A stretch of DNA of 64,000 bases, from assembly GCA_964474805.1 (NCBI GenBank), contig CAYYTQ010000003.1:8343-72342 (forward strand), in the 5' to 3' direction. The translations under genes were made by a program, and so were the position numbers. The notes beneath the pieces were generated by a model that saw only the letters and a list, made by a program, of their open reading frames with translations, was not told the origin of the DNA and searched no databases. Positions 35,998 through 44,459 of this stretch are shown here, in pieces. This stretch comes from an uncultured Gammaproteobacteria bacterium. GTDB lineage: Bacteria > Patescibacteriota > Patescibacteriia > 2-12-FULL-60-25. How positions within the stretch are numbered: position 1 is the stretch's first letter; every line of letters starts with the position of its first letter.

Positions 35998-36069
35998 ATG
36001 CCCCTCAGGCTAACGGATCCGCACAAAAAAACCAACCCCCGAAGGGGTTGGTCTTTTGTACGAGATCGA

Positions 36070-39000
36070 TTACTTGCTCAAGACAACGGATCCGGAGATC
36101 GTGTCGACCAAGTATTCGTTCGTCCAGTCGCGCGAGACACTCTCGGAACCCGTGAAGATGTTCGAGTAGTGCGGCTGTTCAGCCTTGTCAGACCAGAGCA
36201 ACGCGTAAGCCGTATCGCCACCACCCGTGAGGAGGGTCGGCGCGGCAGAGGTTGCGCTGATACCAACGAGACCCGCATTCTCACCTTCAACCGTGATCTG
36301 GGCAGAGCTCTGGGCCAAGTAGCCAGTGATGGCATTGGTAGAGACCGAGCCAGAGAAGGTGCGGAGCGCCAAGCTCGTGCTGATGGAGTCACCCGTCGTC
36401 GAGCTCAAGCCACCGACCGTCGCCACGAGGGAGAAGGTCGAGCCCGTGCCGGAAACGGTTTCCTCGTTCGAGAAGCGAACGAGCACCATCATCGTCGCGG
36501 TCGCCGTGGAAGCGTAGACGTTGACCGTCGAGCTTTCCAGGTTCGTGCCGTACGCATCGCGGATATCGATGTCGGCCAAGTTCATGTCGACACCGTTCTT
36601 CTGCAAGCGGAAGTTACCGAGCGTCATGTTCGAGGTCGTCGTGACGGCAACCTTGAAGGTCATCTGCTTGATGCCGACTTCCCCGCCTTCAGAGCCAACC
36701 TGCGCGCGGTAAAGCGTGCGTTGACCAGCGGCGAGCGTCGTCGCGACGCCAGAGACTTGCGAAATGACCGGCTTCGACTTGCGAACGACGAAGGAGTTGC
36801 CAACGATGTTCGAAGCGGAGGCCTGGTAAACGCGCTCACCAGAGGCGTCACCCGTCGCACGGAGAGCCAAGTTGCCGTCGAAGAGAGCGGACGTGAAGAT
36901 CGTGCTCGCCGTCCCACCGACCGTCAGGGCGCCCGTCGGGAGACCCAGCGCAACCACGTTACCGGTCAACGGAGCCGTTGCAGACGTACGCTCCGAGGAG
37001 GAGGTCATGCGTTCTGCCATGCGGCCCAAGAGACAGACGTAGGTCGCGGAGCCTTTCGGAACCACGATCGGGTTGCTGGAGAGGTCAATCTCGCCCGGCT
37101 GGTCGACACCGCTCGGGAGAGAGGTGGTCCCGCGGATCGAGAAGGTCCGACAGTCCGCATCAGCGGATTGCACCACCGCGACACCGCCCGGGACATCGCT
37201 GCCCGCCGGGGTGGCCGAGGTGAAGTTCGCGGCAGCACCCGTGGAGGTGACACCGACGTAGTCAATACGAATCGCTTCGTACTGAGCATCCGCGCGGTAG
37301 CGGGACATCACATGCCAGGTCGTCCCATCGGCGACGAGGATCGTCGATTGGCGCTGGTTGTTAGCCGCAACCGTGAGCGTACCACCGGCACGGACGGACT
37401 GAGCGATCGTCGGAGAGGTCGAAGCGTTGTTGTCGACGGCCGTCGCACGGGAAGCGGTGACGGTGTTGCCGTCCTCGTCCTGCGCAGCGACGTCTGCATC
37501 CACATCGATACCAATCGCGAAGCGGTCCGTCGTCTTGGAGACGGAGGAGTCAGCGTTACAGCGGACTTCCAACGTCTTCGTCATGCCGCGGTTCACCTGG
37601 AGGTTGAGACCAGAGAAGGTCATCGTACCATCGCTGCTCGGGGACAAACGGGTACCGACCGCCGTGGCACCGTCGAACAAGCCACAGGAGTTGACCACGT
37701 CATCCAATTCAGCGGCAGAGTAGACCGAGTTCCCCGCTTCTGCATCACCGAAACCGGTGAACTTCAGAGAGGTAATACGTACCGCGCTCTGGGAGCCGGC
37801 CGTAAAGGTGAAACCGGCGGCCGGGATGTCCATCTGGTTCTTCACGAAGATGTCCGCGGACGGGGTCCCAGCGAGGGCCACGTTCAGGGTCGGGGTGCGC
37901 ACCGTCATGGTGTTGCCCGTCACCGTCGTGTTCGGAGCAATGCCCGTGGTCAAGAACTCACCGGAGCTCAAGATACGGAGGTCGGTGCTGCCGAAGATCT
38001 GGTCACTGGTGTTCCCACCCAAGGCAAAGCGGTAGGTAGAACCATCCGTGATGCTGTTGGAGGTGTCCGCCGTGATGACGAAGTTGCGCGTCTGGCCGGC
38101 ACGGATCGTGACGGAGACAGACGGGGAGAAGGCCTTGTAGCCCGGAGCGGCACAAGCCGTGGAACAGCTGACCGGACCAGCGACGATTTCGCCAGTGTCA
38201 GCGTCCTTGATCTTGATGTCGCGGAGGAATTCCGTCGTCCCATCGAACACGCCGGAAACGGTGCCGGTCACCGCGAAGTTCATGCGGCGGATCTCGACGT
38301 CGTTGGAGCCGGACGTGATGGCGAAGCGATAGAAGACCGCGTCGTTCTGGCCACGACCGACGTTGGCCGTTGCCGGACCATTGTAGGTGATGGTGAACTG
38401 ACCGCCTTCCGTGGTGGAGTAGCTGGCGTTGCTCGTCGTGGCGCTGGAACCATCGTAGGAACCAGAGCACGGCGAGGTCGAATCCGTACAGACCTGAGCA
38501 CCCGTGCCGTAGACGCGGTCAACGACGTAGACGTCGGACGTGTATTCGGCGTAGATGCGGATCGTGCGACCGGAGCGACCGGCGACCATACCGCGGAGGT
38601 TGAAGGTGCGAGACTGGCCGTTCGGGATGACGAACGGGGTCGCGAAGTTCAACACGATCTTCCCGTCAGCCGCAACCGTGCTGGCCGCAGCGACTTCCGT
38701 CGCGCCCTGGTAGAGCTTGAGGTTGGTGAGATCGGAGTTGGAGATCGTGCCAGCCTGGTAGAGCGTGACGCGGCGGACTTCGACGTCGTTGGAACCGTTC
38801 GCCTGGAGGCGGAAGTTCGCAAGTTCGGCGTCAGCCGTACCAACGCGCGGGTTGGCCGGTTCGGAACCGTCGATCACGTCAACGCGAGCCACGGAAGCGG
38901 TACCGACCGTCATCGCGTTGCCGCGAACCGGGAAGGAACCGGAGACCGTGCTGGAACCCTCGACGACGACCGAGGCCGCGTCAGCGAGTTCGAAGGCGTG

Positions 39001-40059
39001 CTGACCACCCGTCGAGCTCGGGCTGGAGAGGTCCGCCGAGACGTACACGGATTGGGTCATGCCGGCCGCGATGTCAAGCATCAGGCCGTTGAATTCGACC
39101 GTGTTGGACGCCGAGCTGATCGTGCGGCCAGAGGTCAAACGCGTGCCGTCCGCCTTGTAGAGGTAGACGTTGCTGAAGTCCGTGGTGGAACCAACGCCCA
39201 CGCGGCGGAACTTCATGCCCGTGACGCGGATCGAGCCGCTACCGGCCATCAAGTTCACCTTGGTGAACATGACGCTCTGGGCGTTCTTCGGGAGGACCAT
39301 GGCGGCCGGAGAATCCGAGGCCAAGGACACCGTCAAAGCGCCGCCGACCGGGGTCGTAGAACCACCGGAGGACATGATCGCATCAGAGAGTTCGGCTTCG
39401 CGGGAGTTGACGTCCGTACCCATCGGGTAGGAGATCGTCGTCTGGATCACGTTGCCGGATTGGAACATGTTCGCGCTGAAGCCAGCGTCCGTGATGCGGC
39501 GGCGCATGCCACCCCACACGACGTAGCGGTCAGAGGAACCCGAGTAGGACACCAACGAACCATCCGGGTGGACGGCCGTGGCGAGCGAGGAGCCGATCGT
39601 GTAGTTGACGAAGAAGGCATCCGGGACGTCAACGACGCGGCGGGCCCAGTTCGAGCCGAACAAGGCGGTCGCGACCGATTCGGTCTCGACCCAGCGGAGC
39701 ATACCGCCACGAGTGACGGCGTAGACTTTCGGATCCGTCGTGATCTTCACGAGGTTCGTGCCCGGGCGGATGGTGACGTTGCCACCAATCATGATCGCCG
39801 AGAGCTCGGAGTCGCTGATCGTGCGGACGCCGGAGAAGTCAGAGAACCACGAGCGATACGTCGTCTCATTCGGGAAGACGTAGCGGCGGTTGTTTTGGAA
39901 GTAGTAGACAGCCGGACCAGAAGCCTTGATGAGGTCACCGTTCATGAGGGTGGCCGCAGATGCCACAGAAGGCACCGCGAACGCACCGACACCGACGGAG
40001 GACAACACCGTGGAAAGGGTCGCGACCGTAGACACTACCTTTTTGGAAAATTGACCCAT
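36070..40059 (-). CDS. Giant secreted modular surface protein (1329 aa), function unknown
   Basis: It has a Sec signal peptide (MGQFSKKVVSTVATLSTVLSSVGVGAFAVPSVASA|ATL) and three ~55-aa N-terminal repeats. At least 6 diverged beta-rich modules follow. The protein is rich in Ser/Thr/Gly/Ala/Val/Asn. I recognised no LPXTG, SLH, lipobox or C-terminal TM. Confidence 0.85.
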   Translation of the reverse strand: MGQFSKKVVSTVATLSTVLSSVGVGAFAVPSVASAATLMNGDLIKASGPAVYYFQNNRRYVFPNETTYRSWFSDFSGVRTISDSELSAIMIGGNVTIRPGTNLVKITTDPKVYAVTRGGMLRWVETESVATALFGSNWARRVVDVPDAFFVNYTIGSSLATAVHPDGSLVSYSGSSDRYVVWGGMRRRITDAGFSANMFQSGNVIQTTISYPMGTDVNSREAELSDAIMSSGGSTTPVGGALTVSLASDSPAAMVLPKNAQSVMFTKVNLMAGSGSIRVTGMKFRRVGVGSTTDFSNVYLYKADGTRLTSGRTISSASNTVEFNGLMLDIAAGMTQSVYVSADLSSPSSTGGQHAFELADAASVVVEGSSTVSGSFPVRGNAMTVGTASVARVDVIDGSEPANPRVGTADAELANFRLQANGSNDVEVRRVTLYQAGTISNSDLTNLKLYQGATEVAAASTVAADGKIVLNFATPFVIPNGQSRTFNLRGMVAGRSGRTIRIYAEYTSDVYVVDRVYGTGAQVCTDSTSPCSGSYDGSSATTSNASYSTTEGGQFTITYNGPATANVGRGQNDAVFYRFAITSGSNDVEIRRMNFAVTGTVSGVFDGTTEFLRDIKIKDADTGEIVAGPVSCSTACAAPGYKAFSPSVSVTIRAGQTRNFVITADTSNSITDGSTYRFALGGNTSDQIFGSTDLRILSSGEFLTTGIAPNTTVTGNTMTVRTPTLNVALAGTPSADIFVKNQMDIPAAGFTFTAGSQSAVRITSLKFTGFGDAEAGNSVYSAAELDDVVNSCGLFDGATAVGTRLSPSSDGTMTFSGLNLQVNRGMTKTLEVRCNADSSVSKTTDRFAIGIDVDADVAAQDEDGNTVTASRATAVDNNASTSPTIAQSVRAGGTLTVAANNQRQSTILVADGTTWHVMSRYRADAQYEAIRIDYVGVTSTGAAANFTSATPAGSDVPGGVAVVQSADADCRTFSIRGTTSLPSGVDQPGEIDLSSNPIVVPKGSATYVCLLGRMAERMTSSSERTSATAPLTGNVVALGLPTGALTVGGTASTIFTSALFDGNLALRATGDASGERVYQASASNIVGNSFVVRKSKPVISQVSGVATTLAAGQRTLYRAQVGSEGGEVGIKQMTFKVAVTTTSNMTLGNFRLQKNGVDMNLADIDIRDAYGTNLESSTVNVYASTATATMMVLVRFSNEETVSGTGSTFSLVATVGGLSSTTGDSISTSLALRTFSGSVSTNAITGYLAQSSAQITVEGENAGLVGISATSAAPTLLTGGGDTAYALLWSDKAEQPHYSNIFTGSESVSRDWTNEYLVDTISGSVVLSK

Positions 40060-40306
40060 AGGGAACCAATAAGGTTGGTCCCGAGCGCATCGTTTGCCAT
40101 GTTAAAGCGGCAAGGACACGTTCGGAACAAGAAGTGAGAATGAGTAACGACTCGGATCCTCCTTTTACAAGGAGCACGACCTTTATTGACCCAAGCCAAG
40201 AGGTTCGAACACGAGGCAGGAAGGTGTTCCTCATCCTGCAGGGAATCCATGCCACGAGCACAGATGCCCTGTCGGATGCGGGAGAAGCGGATCTTCTCCC
40301 CTGGAA

Positions 40307-41590
40307 CTACTTGCCTGCGGGAGTGGTTGAAGCGGTGGGCGTCAGAGCGGCGGGACTGGAGGTCGAAACCGCAGAGCCGCCGCTCCCGCCTTGCGGCGTA
40401 GCGACGCTTGAGGTTGGCGATGTAATGACCGCCGTATTGGTGGAGCCGCTTCCGCTCGGAACCTCCGAGACCGAGGAAGAGGCATTTGCGGCAGCCGAGA
40501 GGCTGGGCAGCACCGAATTCACGGTCCGTTCCGCCACCGTGACGGCGCGCGCGGCCTCCCCCAGCTTTTCTTTTAGCGTTCCGAATTGGTCTTTTTCGAG
40601 GAGTTGGCGCATTTCCTCGAGGGAGGCCTGCGCCTGCTTGAGCTGGTCAAGCGGTTCCTTGAGAAGTTCCGCCGGGGCGGCCGCTGAGGAGCTGGCTGAA
40701 GCGTTGAGGAGCGGGTCCAAGGCAAGAATTTTGGAGCTGCTGGCGGCATTGGTGATTTCCTCAACTTTTTTGGTGCTGTCGGCGATCCCTTGTGCAAGCC
40801 CTTCCATGTGGCCGGTCACTACCCGTTTGAGATCGTCGTTACTGACGACCGCCGTCACCCCTGGATCGTCGCGCTTGTCGATAAGGATCTGGACGGCCTT
40901 GAGGCCGGCGTTGACGGCGGCGACCTGGACTTCGGCGACGTTCTGCTTGATGTCGGCGGGAACGACCTCCTTGACTTCCTTGAGCGTCTGAACCAGGCGT
41001 CCGCTCTTTTCGTCTAGGTCTTTCGCGGCTTCGGCGGCCTCGGGAGCCGATGATTCCATGCCCACGTTATGGAGTTGGAGCTTGACGGCATCGAGGTCCT
41101 GCTTGAGCGAATCTGTGGCTTCGCGCAGACGATTGGCGTTCTTTGGGGCATCAGCCTTGGCGAGCTGCTTGATCTCTTCCCCACGACGTTCGACGAATTC
41201 GGCTTTGAGTTTCAGCTGATTGGGCGGCTCTTTTTCCATGAAGAGGCGCGCCTGCTCGGTCGCGAGCTTTACGGGGTAGAGCAGGTCGCCGGGTATGGAG
41301 CGTTCGGCGGCTGAAACGCTCGCGAGCGACCCTCCCAACACCACCCCGAACACCGACAGGACCGCCATGACCGGCCCTCTGATGGTTTCAACGAGCGGCC
41401 GCGGAACGAATGACAAGATGAGCGCTTTTATGCGAGCACCAAAAGACACCGGGGCACGATGTAGCGCGTCACGGCGGACTTCTTTTAAGAGAATGTTTCG
41501 GGTACGCGCCACCCATGCCGCATCGGGGCGGATGCGGCGTTCGGCATCTCTTAGTTGCCGAACGGCAATTTTGAGGTGGCGTTTGTTCAT
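40307..41590 (-). CDS. Single-pass membrane protein, putative anti-sigma factor (DUF5667-like ectodomain)
   Basis: The track ORF runs to 41749 and overlaps the sigma gene. ATG at 41590 (MNKRHLKIAVRQLRDAERR) lies 34 nt after the sigma stop. The layout is a ~75-aa cytoplasmic N-terminus, a TM helix (VMAVLSVFGVVLGGSLASVSAA), then IPGDLLYPVKLATEQARLF, a helical region and a Ser/Thr/Ala-rich tail. The anti-sigma role is inferred from position and topology. Confidence 0.5.
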   Translation of the reverse strand: MNKRHLKIAVRQLRDAERRIRPDAAWVARTRNILLKEVRRDALHRAPVSFGARIKALILSFVPRPLVETIRGPVMAVLSVFGVVLGGSLASVSAAERSIPGDLLYPVKLATEQARLFMEKEPPNQLKLKAEFVERRGEEIKQLAKADAPKNANRLREATDSLKQDLDAVKLQLHNVGMESSAPEAAEAAKDLDEKSGRLVQTLKEVKEVVPADIKQNVAEVQVAAVNAGLKAVQILIDKRDDPGVTAVVSNDDLKRVVTGHMEGLAQGIADSTKKVEEITNAASSSKILALDPLLNASASSSAAAPAELLKEPLDQLKQAQASLEEMRQLLEKDQFGTLKEKLGEAARAVTVAERTVNSVLPSLSAAANASSSVSEVPSGSGSTNTAVITSPTSSVATPQGGSGGSAVSTSSPAALTPTASTTPAGK

Positions 41591-41624
41591 AAAGGAGGAC
41601 CTTGCGATGGACCGGCGGCACTCG

Positions 41625-42209
41625 TTACGGCTTTTTCGTATCACCGGCCTGCAGGCGTTGGAGGGCCTTGAAGGCGCGATGGTAGAGGACGCGAACTGTC
41701 CCCGCCTCCTTCCCCAGGGCTTCAGCGATGTCCTGGAAAGAGAGGTCATCGAGGAGACGGAGGGTGAGGACGTCCTGGTAATCTTCTTTCAATTGGCCGA
41801 TTTGTGCGAGAACGAGGGCGAGGTCAGCCTGGGCCTCAATGGCCCGCGACCCTTTGCCCGCATCCGAAATAATCCCTTCGTGATCAGAAGCCGGTTCGGG
41901 CACCGGAAACGTTACACTCCCCCCTTCCGCGGCGGCATGGCGACGGCGGTATTCGTCGATGACGAGGTGACGGGCGATCCGATAGAGCATCCCACGGACA
42001 TGCCGGATCTCTTCCCCGCGCTGGAGGGCCTGCCAGAAGCGGAGGAAGGTCTCGGAGGTCACTTCTTCGGCCTGCTCACGCGACGAAAGCTTCACGTAGA
42101 CAAACCGATAAATAGCCTCGACGTAGGCATCGTAAATCTGGGCGAACGCCTGCTCATCCCGAGCGGCCCGCACCCGATAGGCATAATAGGATTCGAGTAA
42201 GGAAAACAT
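41625..42209 (-). CDS. ECF-type RNA polymerase sigma-70 family factor
   Basis: ATG at 42209 (MFSLLESYYAYRVRAARDEQAFAQIYDAYVEAIYRFVYVKLSSREQAEEVTSETFLRFW) gives region 2. Region 4 is LSFQDIAEALGKEAGTVRVLYHRAFKALQ. About 194 aa with no region 1 or 3. Confidence 0.85.
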   Translation of the reverse strand: MFSLLESYYAYRVRAARDEQAFAQIYDAYVEAIYRFVYVKLSSREQAEEVTSETFLRFWQALQRGEEIRHVRGMLYRIARHLVIDEYRRRHAAAEGGSVTFPVPEPASDHEGIISDAGKGSRAIEAQADLALVLAQIGQLKEDYQDVLTLRLLDDLSFQDIAEALGKEAGTVRVLYHRAFKALQRLQAGDTKKP

Positions 42210-42357
42210 GGCGGAGACTCTCCGAAGAGAGCCGGTCACCCATTTGTCGTCAATTATTCGCTTGTTTAAGCCATTTTTTAACTAGCAGGCAAAAGCAGGC
42301 GGAAGGAATGGCGACAGAAGGAACGAGGGGGCGGGAACACGAGTCCCGAACGGGAAA

Positions 42358-42386
42358 AGCTTAGCATAATCCCCCAAAATACGCAA
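42358..42386 (-). promoter_or_regulatory. Candidate sigma70-type promoter upstream of the ECF sigma gene (TTGCGT-N17-TAAGCT)
   Basis: On the minus strand the -35 TTGCGT lies at 42386-42381 and the -10 TAAGCT at 42363-42358, just downstream of the preceding terminator and ~150 nt upstream of ATG 42209. This is pattern matching only. Confidence 0.25.
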
Positions 42387-42394
42387 TAAATACC

Positions 42395-42416
42395 AAAAAA
42401 CCGGCATGTGCCGGCC
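42395..42416 (-). terminator. Rho-independent terminator after GT4 gene
   Basis: The minus strand reads GGCCGGCACATGCCGGTTTTTTGG directly after the TAA at 42418-42420. It is a short GC stem followed by a T6 run. Confidence 0.6.
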
Positions 42417-42417
42417 T

Positions 42418-43599
42418 TTATGGGAGGGTTGGCGTCGAAACACTGACCAACCCCTCATTGTCGAGGACCAGGTCTCGATAGAGACGGTCCATCGCATCGA
42501 TGTTCTTGGTGGCGTCGAAGGCCTGGGCGACATAGGCGCTCAGAGCCCGCCCCTGGGCCTGACGGGCTTCCTCGGAAGCGGTCGCCAGCCGGAACAGGCC
42601 GTCGATGAGGGCGCCCGGCTGGGCGACGTCCACGGTGTGGGCGTAGCCGCCGGTCGCCTCACGGTTGGCCTGGATGTCGTGCATCACGACCGGACGGCCG
42701 GTGCTAGAGGCTTCGAGAACGGCGAGCGAGAGCCCCTCTTCGAGACTCGGGAAGACGTGGCCCAAAGCGCACGACTGCAACGCGCGGAGCTCCCCGTCGA
42801 AGCGTTCACCCAAGGCGAAGGCGTCGGGAGTCATCGCAAATAGGGGCTGCAAGCGCTCCAAATAGGCGTCGGTAAACGAGCTGCCGCCCACGATCGCCGC
42901 CTGGAGACCGGAAAAGGCATCCGGATACTGCCGCTTGGCGGCGGCAAAAGCCTCTAAAAGGCGGTGGGGGCCCTTATGCGGAATCAAGCGACCGACGAAC
43001 AGGAAGTACCGGTACGGTTCAAGGCCCAAGGCGCGGACGCGGGCCTCAGCCTGGGCACGGTCACCGGGGCCCTGGAAGCGGAACGCATGCGAGACGTACT
43101 GGGCGCGGCGGCCATAGGCGTCATTGCAATAACGTTGCAGCTCCTGCGACACAGTGACGATCTCATGAGCGAAGGCGCAGGTGAACCATTCACCGAGCCA
43201 GAAGGCGGCACGGGCGATCTTGCCCCACTTACTGAACCGTCGATCCATGCAGTGGAAGGTGATCACCAGCTTTGCTTTTGGATAAAGCAAGCGAGCCAAC
43301 GGGGCCAGCAGGGCGATGCCGACGCCATGCAAGTGCAGGACATCGGGGCGGAACCGGCGGGCGGCCAAAAGGGCCGTGAAGCTATGCGTGATGGCATCTA
43401 GATGCTTCGTGCACAAGCCCGGAGTACAGACTTGTTCAATGCCGTGCGGGGCGACGGCCTGGCCGACATACCAACGCCGCCCGAATACGACTACCCGATG
43501 GCCACGCGCAACCAAGCCCTTCGACAAGGACTCGACGTGCTGCTCGATCCCACCGGAACGGGCCGGCAAGCCTTTTTGGCCGATCATGAGGATAGTCAT
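42418..43599 (-). CDS. Glycosyltransferase family 4
   Basis: The track ORF runs to 43746. ATG at 43599 gives MTILMIGQKGLPARSGGIEQHVESLSKGLVARGHRVVVFG. C-terminal motif VFPSLEEGLSLAVLEASSTGRPVVMHDI. Confidence 0.85.
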   Translation of the reverse strand: MTILMIGQKGLPARSGGIEQHVESLSKGLVARGHRVVVFGRRWYVGQAVAPHGIEQVCTPGLCTKHLDAITHSFTALLAARRFRPDVLHLHGVGIALLAPLARLLYPKAKLVITFHCMDRRFSKWGKIARAAFWLGEWFTCAFAHEIVTVSQELQRYCNDAYGRRAQYVSHAFRFQGPGDRAQAEARVRALGLEPYRYFLFVGRLIPHKGPHRLLEAFAAAKRQYPDAFSGLQAAIVGGSSFTDAYLERLQPLFAMTPDAFALGERFDGELRALQSCALGHVFPSLEEGLSLAVLEASSTGRPVVMHDIQANREATGGYAHTVDVAQPGALIDGLFRLATASEEARQAQGRALSAYVAQAFDATKNIDAMDRLYRDLVLDNEGLVSVSTPTLP

Positions 43600-43694
43600 A
43601 AAGCAATGTCTTATTATAGCAGGAAAACGGGGTTTTGTCAAGCAATCTGCTGCGCCTTTTTTGGCGAAAAGAAGGGAAATTTTAGCAAAATACC

Positions 43695-44057
43695 CTAAAT
43701 TCCCTCCAAATGGACCCGTTGCCAGTGACCTGCCTGGTCTCGCCAAAGGCAGTAGGCGTCGACTTGGTATGGGAGAGAGGCCACCTCTGGATGCGCTTGG
43801 AGCCAGGCGCTAATGGCCAGGGCGAGGCGGTGGCGCTTGCGAAAAGGGATCGCTTCGAAGGGATGCTGCTGGCAACTGGCGCGCGCCTTGACCTCAATGA
43901 AATGCAGGCGGCTTCCCCGCTCTAACACGAGATCCAACTCTCCCGCCCGGCACGTCCAGTGGCGATCGACAAACGAGAAGCCGCGGCTGACGAAAAACGC
44001 GAGCGCCTCGTCCTCGGCTCGCCGTCCAAGCGCTTGGCGAAACGTACGCGGATACAT
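43695..44057 (-). CDS. yraN: YraN-family (UPF0102) endonuclease-like protein
   Basis: GRRAEDEALAFFVSRGFSFVDRHWTCRAGELDLVLERGSRLHFIEVKARAS is the typical YraN core. The start is either 44057 (MYPRTF...) or 44078. Confidence 0.8.
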   Translation of the reverse strand: MYPRTFRQALGRRAEDEALAFFVSRGFSFVDRHWTCRAGELDLVLERGSRLHFIEVKARASCQQHPFEAIPFRKRHRLALAISAWLQAHPEVASLPYQVDAYCLWRDQAGHWQRVHLEGI

Positions 44058-44149
44058 ACCTCTCACCCCGTTCCACAAAACGAACGTTTTCGCAAGTGTG
44101 CCGTCCTCAAAAAAGGTCGTCCACGGGAGACGATCAACCGGCGCCCGGA

Positions 44150-44407
44150 CTAGATTCGTTTCGGAAAAAGCGAACCCAGCGTTGCGCCTAAAAAGGCATC
44201 CCAGAGGTTTGTCATGTAGAGGAAGCCAGCGATGACAATGACCGTTCCCACGATTTTATAGAAAAGACGCGTCCCTCCCCCGCCGAGCTTTGCGTCGATC
44301 ATGTCGATCGGCCCCAAGAAATCGAGGAGCGTCTCCGACCGGAAGATGAAAAAGAGCCCGACGAGATCGATCAGGACCCCTACAATGATACGAAAGAGGA
44401 TGGCCAT
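44150..44407 (-). CDS. Small membrane protein, unknown function
   Basis: ATG at 44407 gives an 85-aa protein with two hydrophobic helices (MAILFRIIVGVLIDLVGLFFIF...YKIVGTVIVIAGFLYM). The longer track ORF (to 44524) overlaps the divergent gene. Confidence 0.5.
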   Translation of the reverse strand: MAILFRIIVGVLIDLVGLFFIFRSETLLDFLGPIDMIDAKLGGGGTRLFYKIVGTVIVIAGFLYMTNLWDAFLGATLGSLFPKRI

Positions 44408-44459
44408 GGCGCGAGTATAGCACGGTTGCCAGGGGCCGCCGAAGCGGTAGAATGGGTCC

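Noticed and set aside
35998-40137. Uninterrupted 1379-aa ORF on the + strand, exactly antisense to the giant surface-protein gene. It is the longest ORF in the track.
   Set aside because: Its translation is dominated by Arg/Gly/Asp/Val/Ala runs (for example RRGRRGSVDVDRRAF and GRGAHRHGVARHRRVRS). It has no signal peptide, motifs or repeat logic. The minus-strand frame gives a signal peptide and coherent repeated modules. In GC-rich genes with GC-rich third positions the antisense frame rarely contains the A/T-rich stop codons, so such shadow ORFs are expected.
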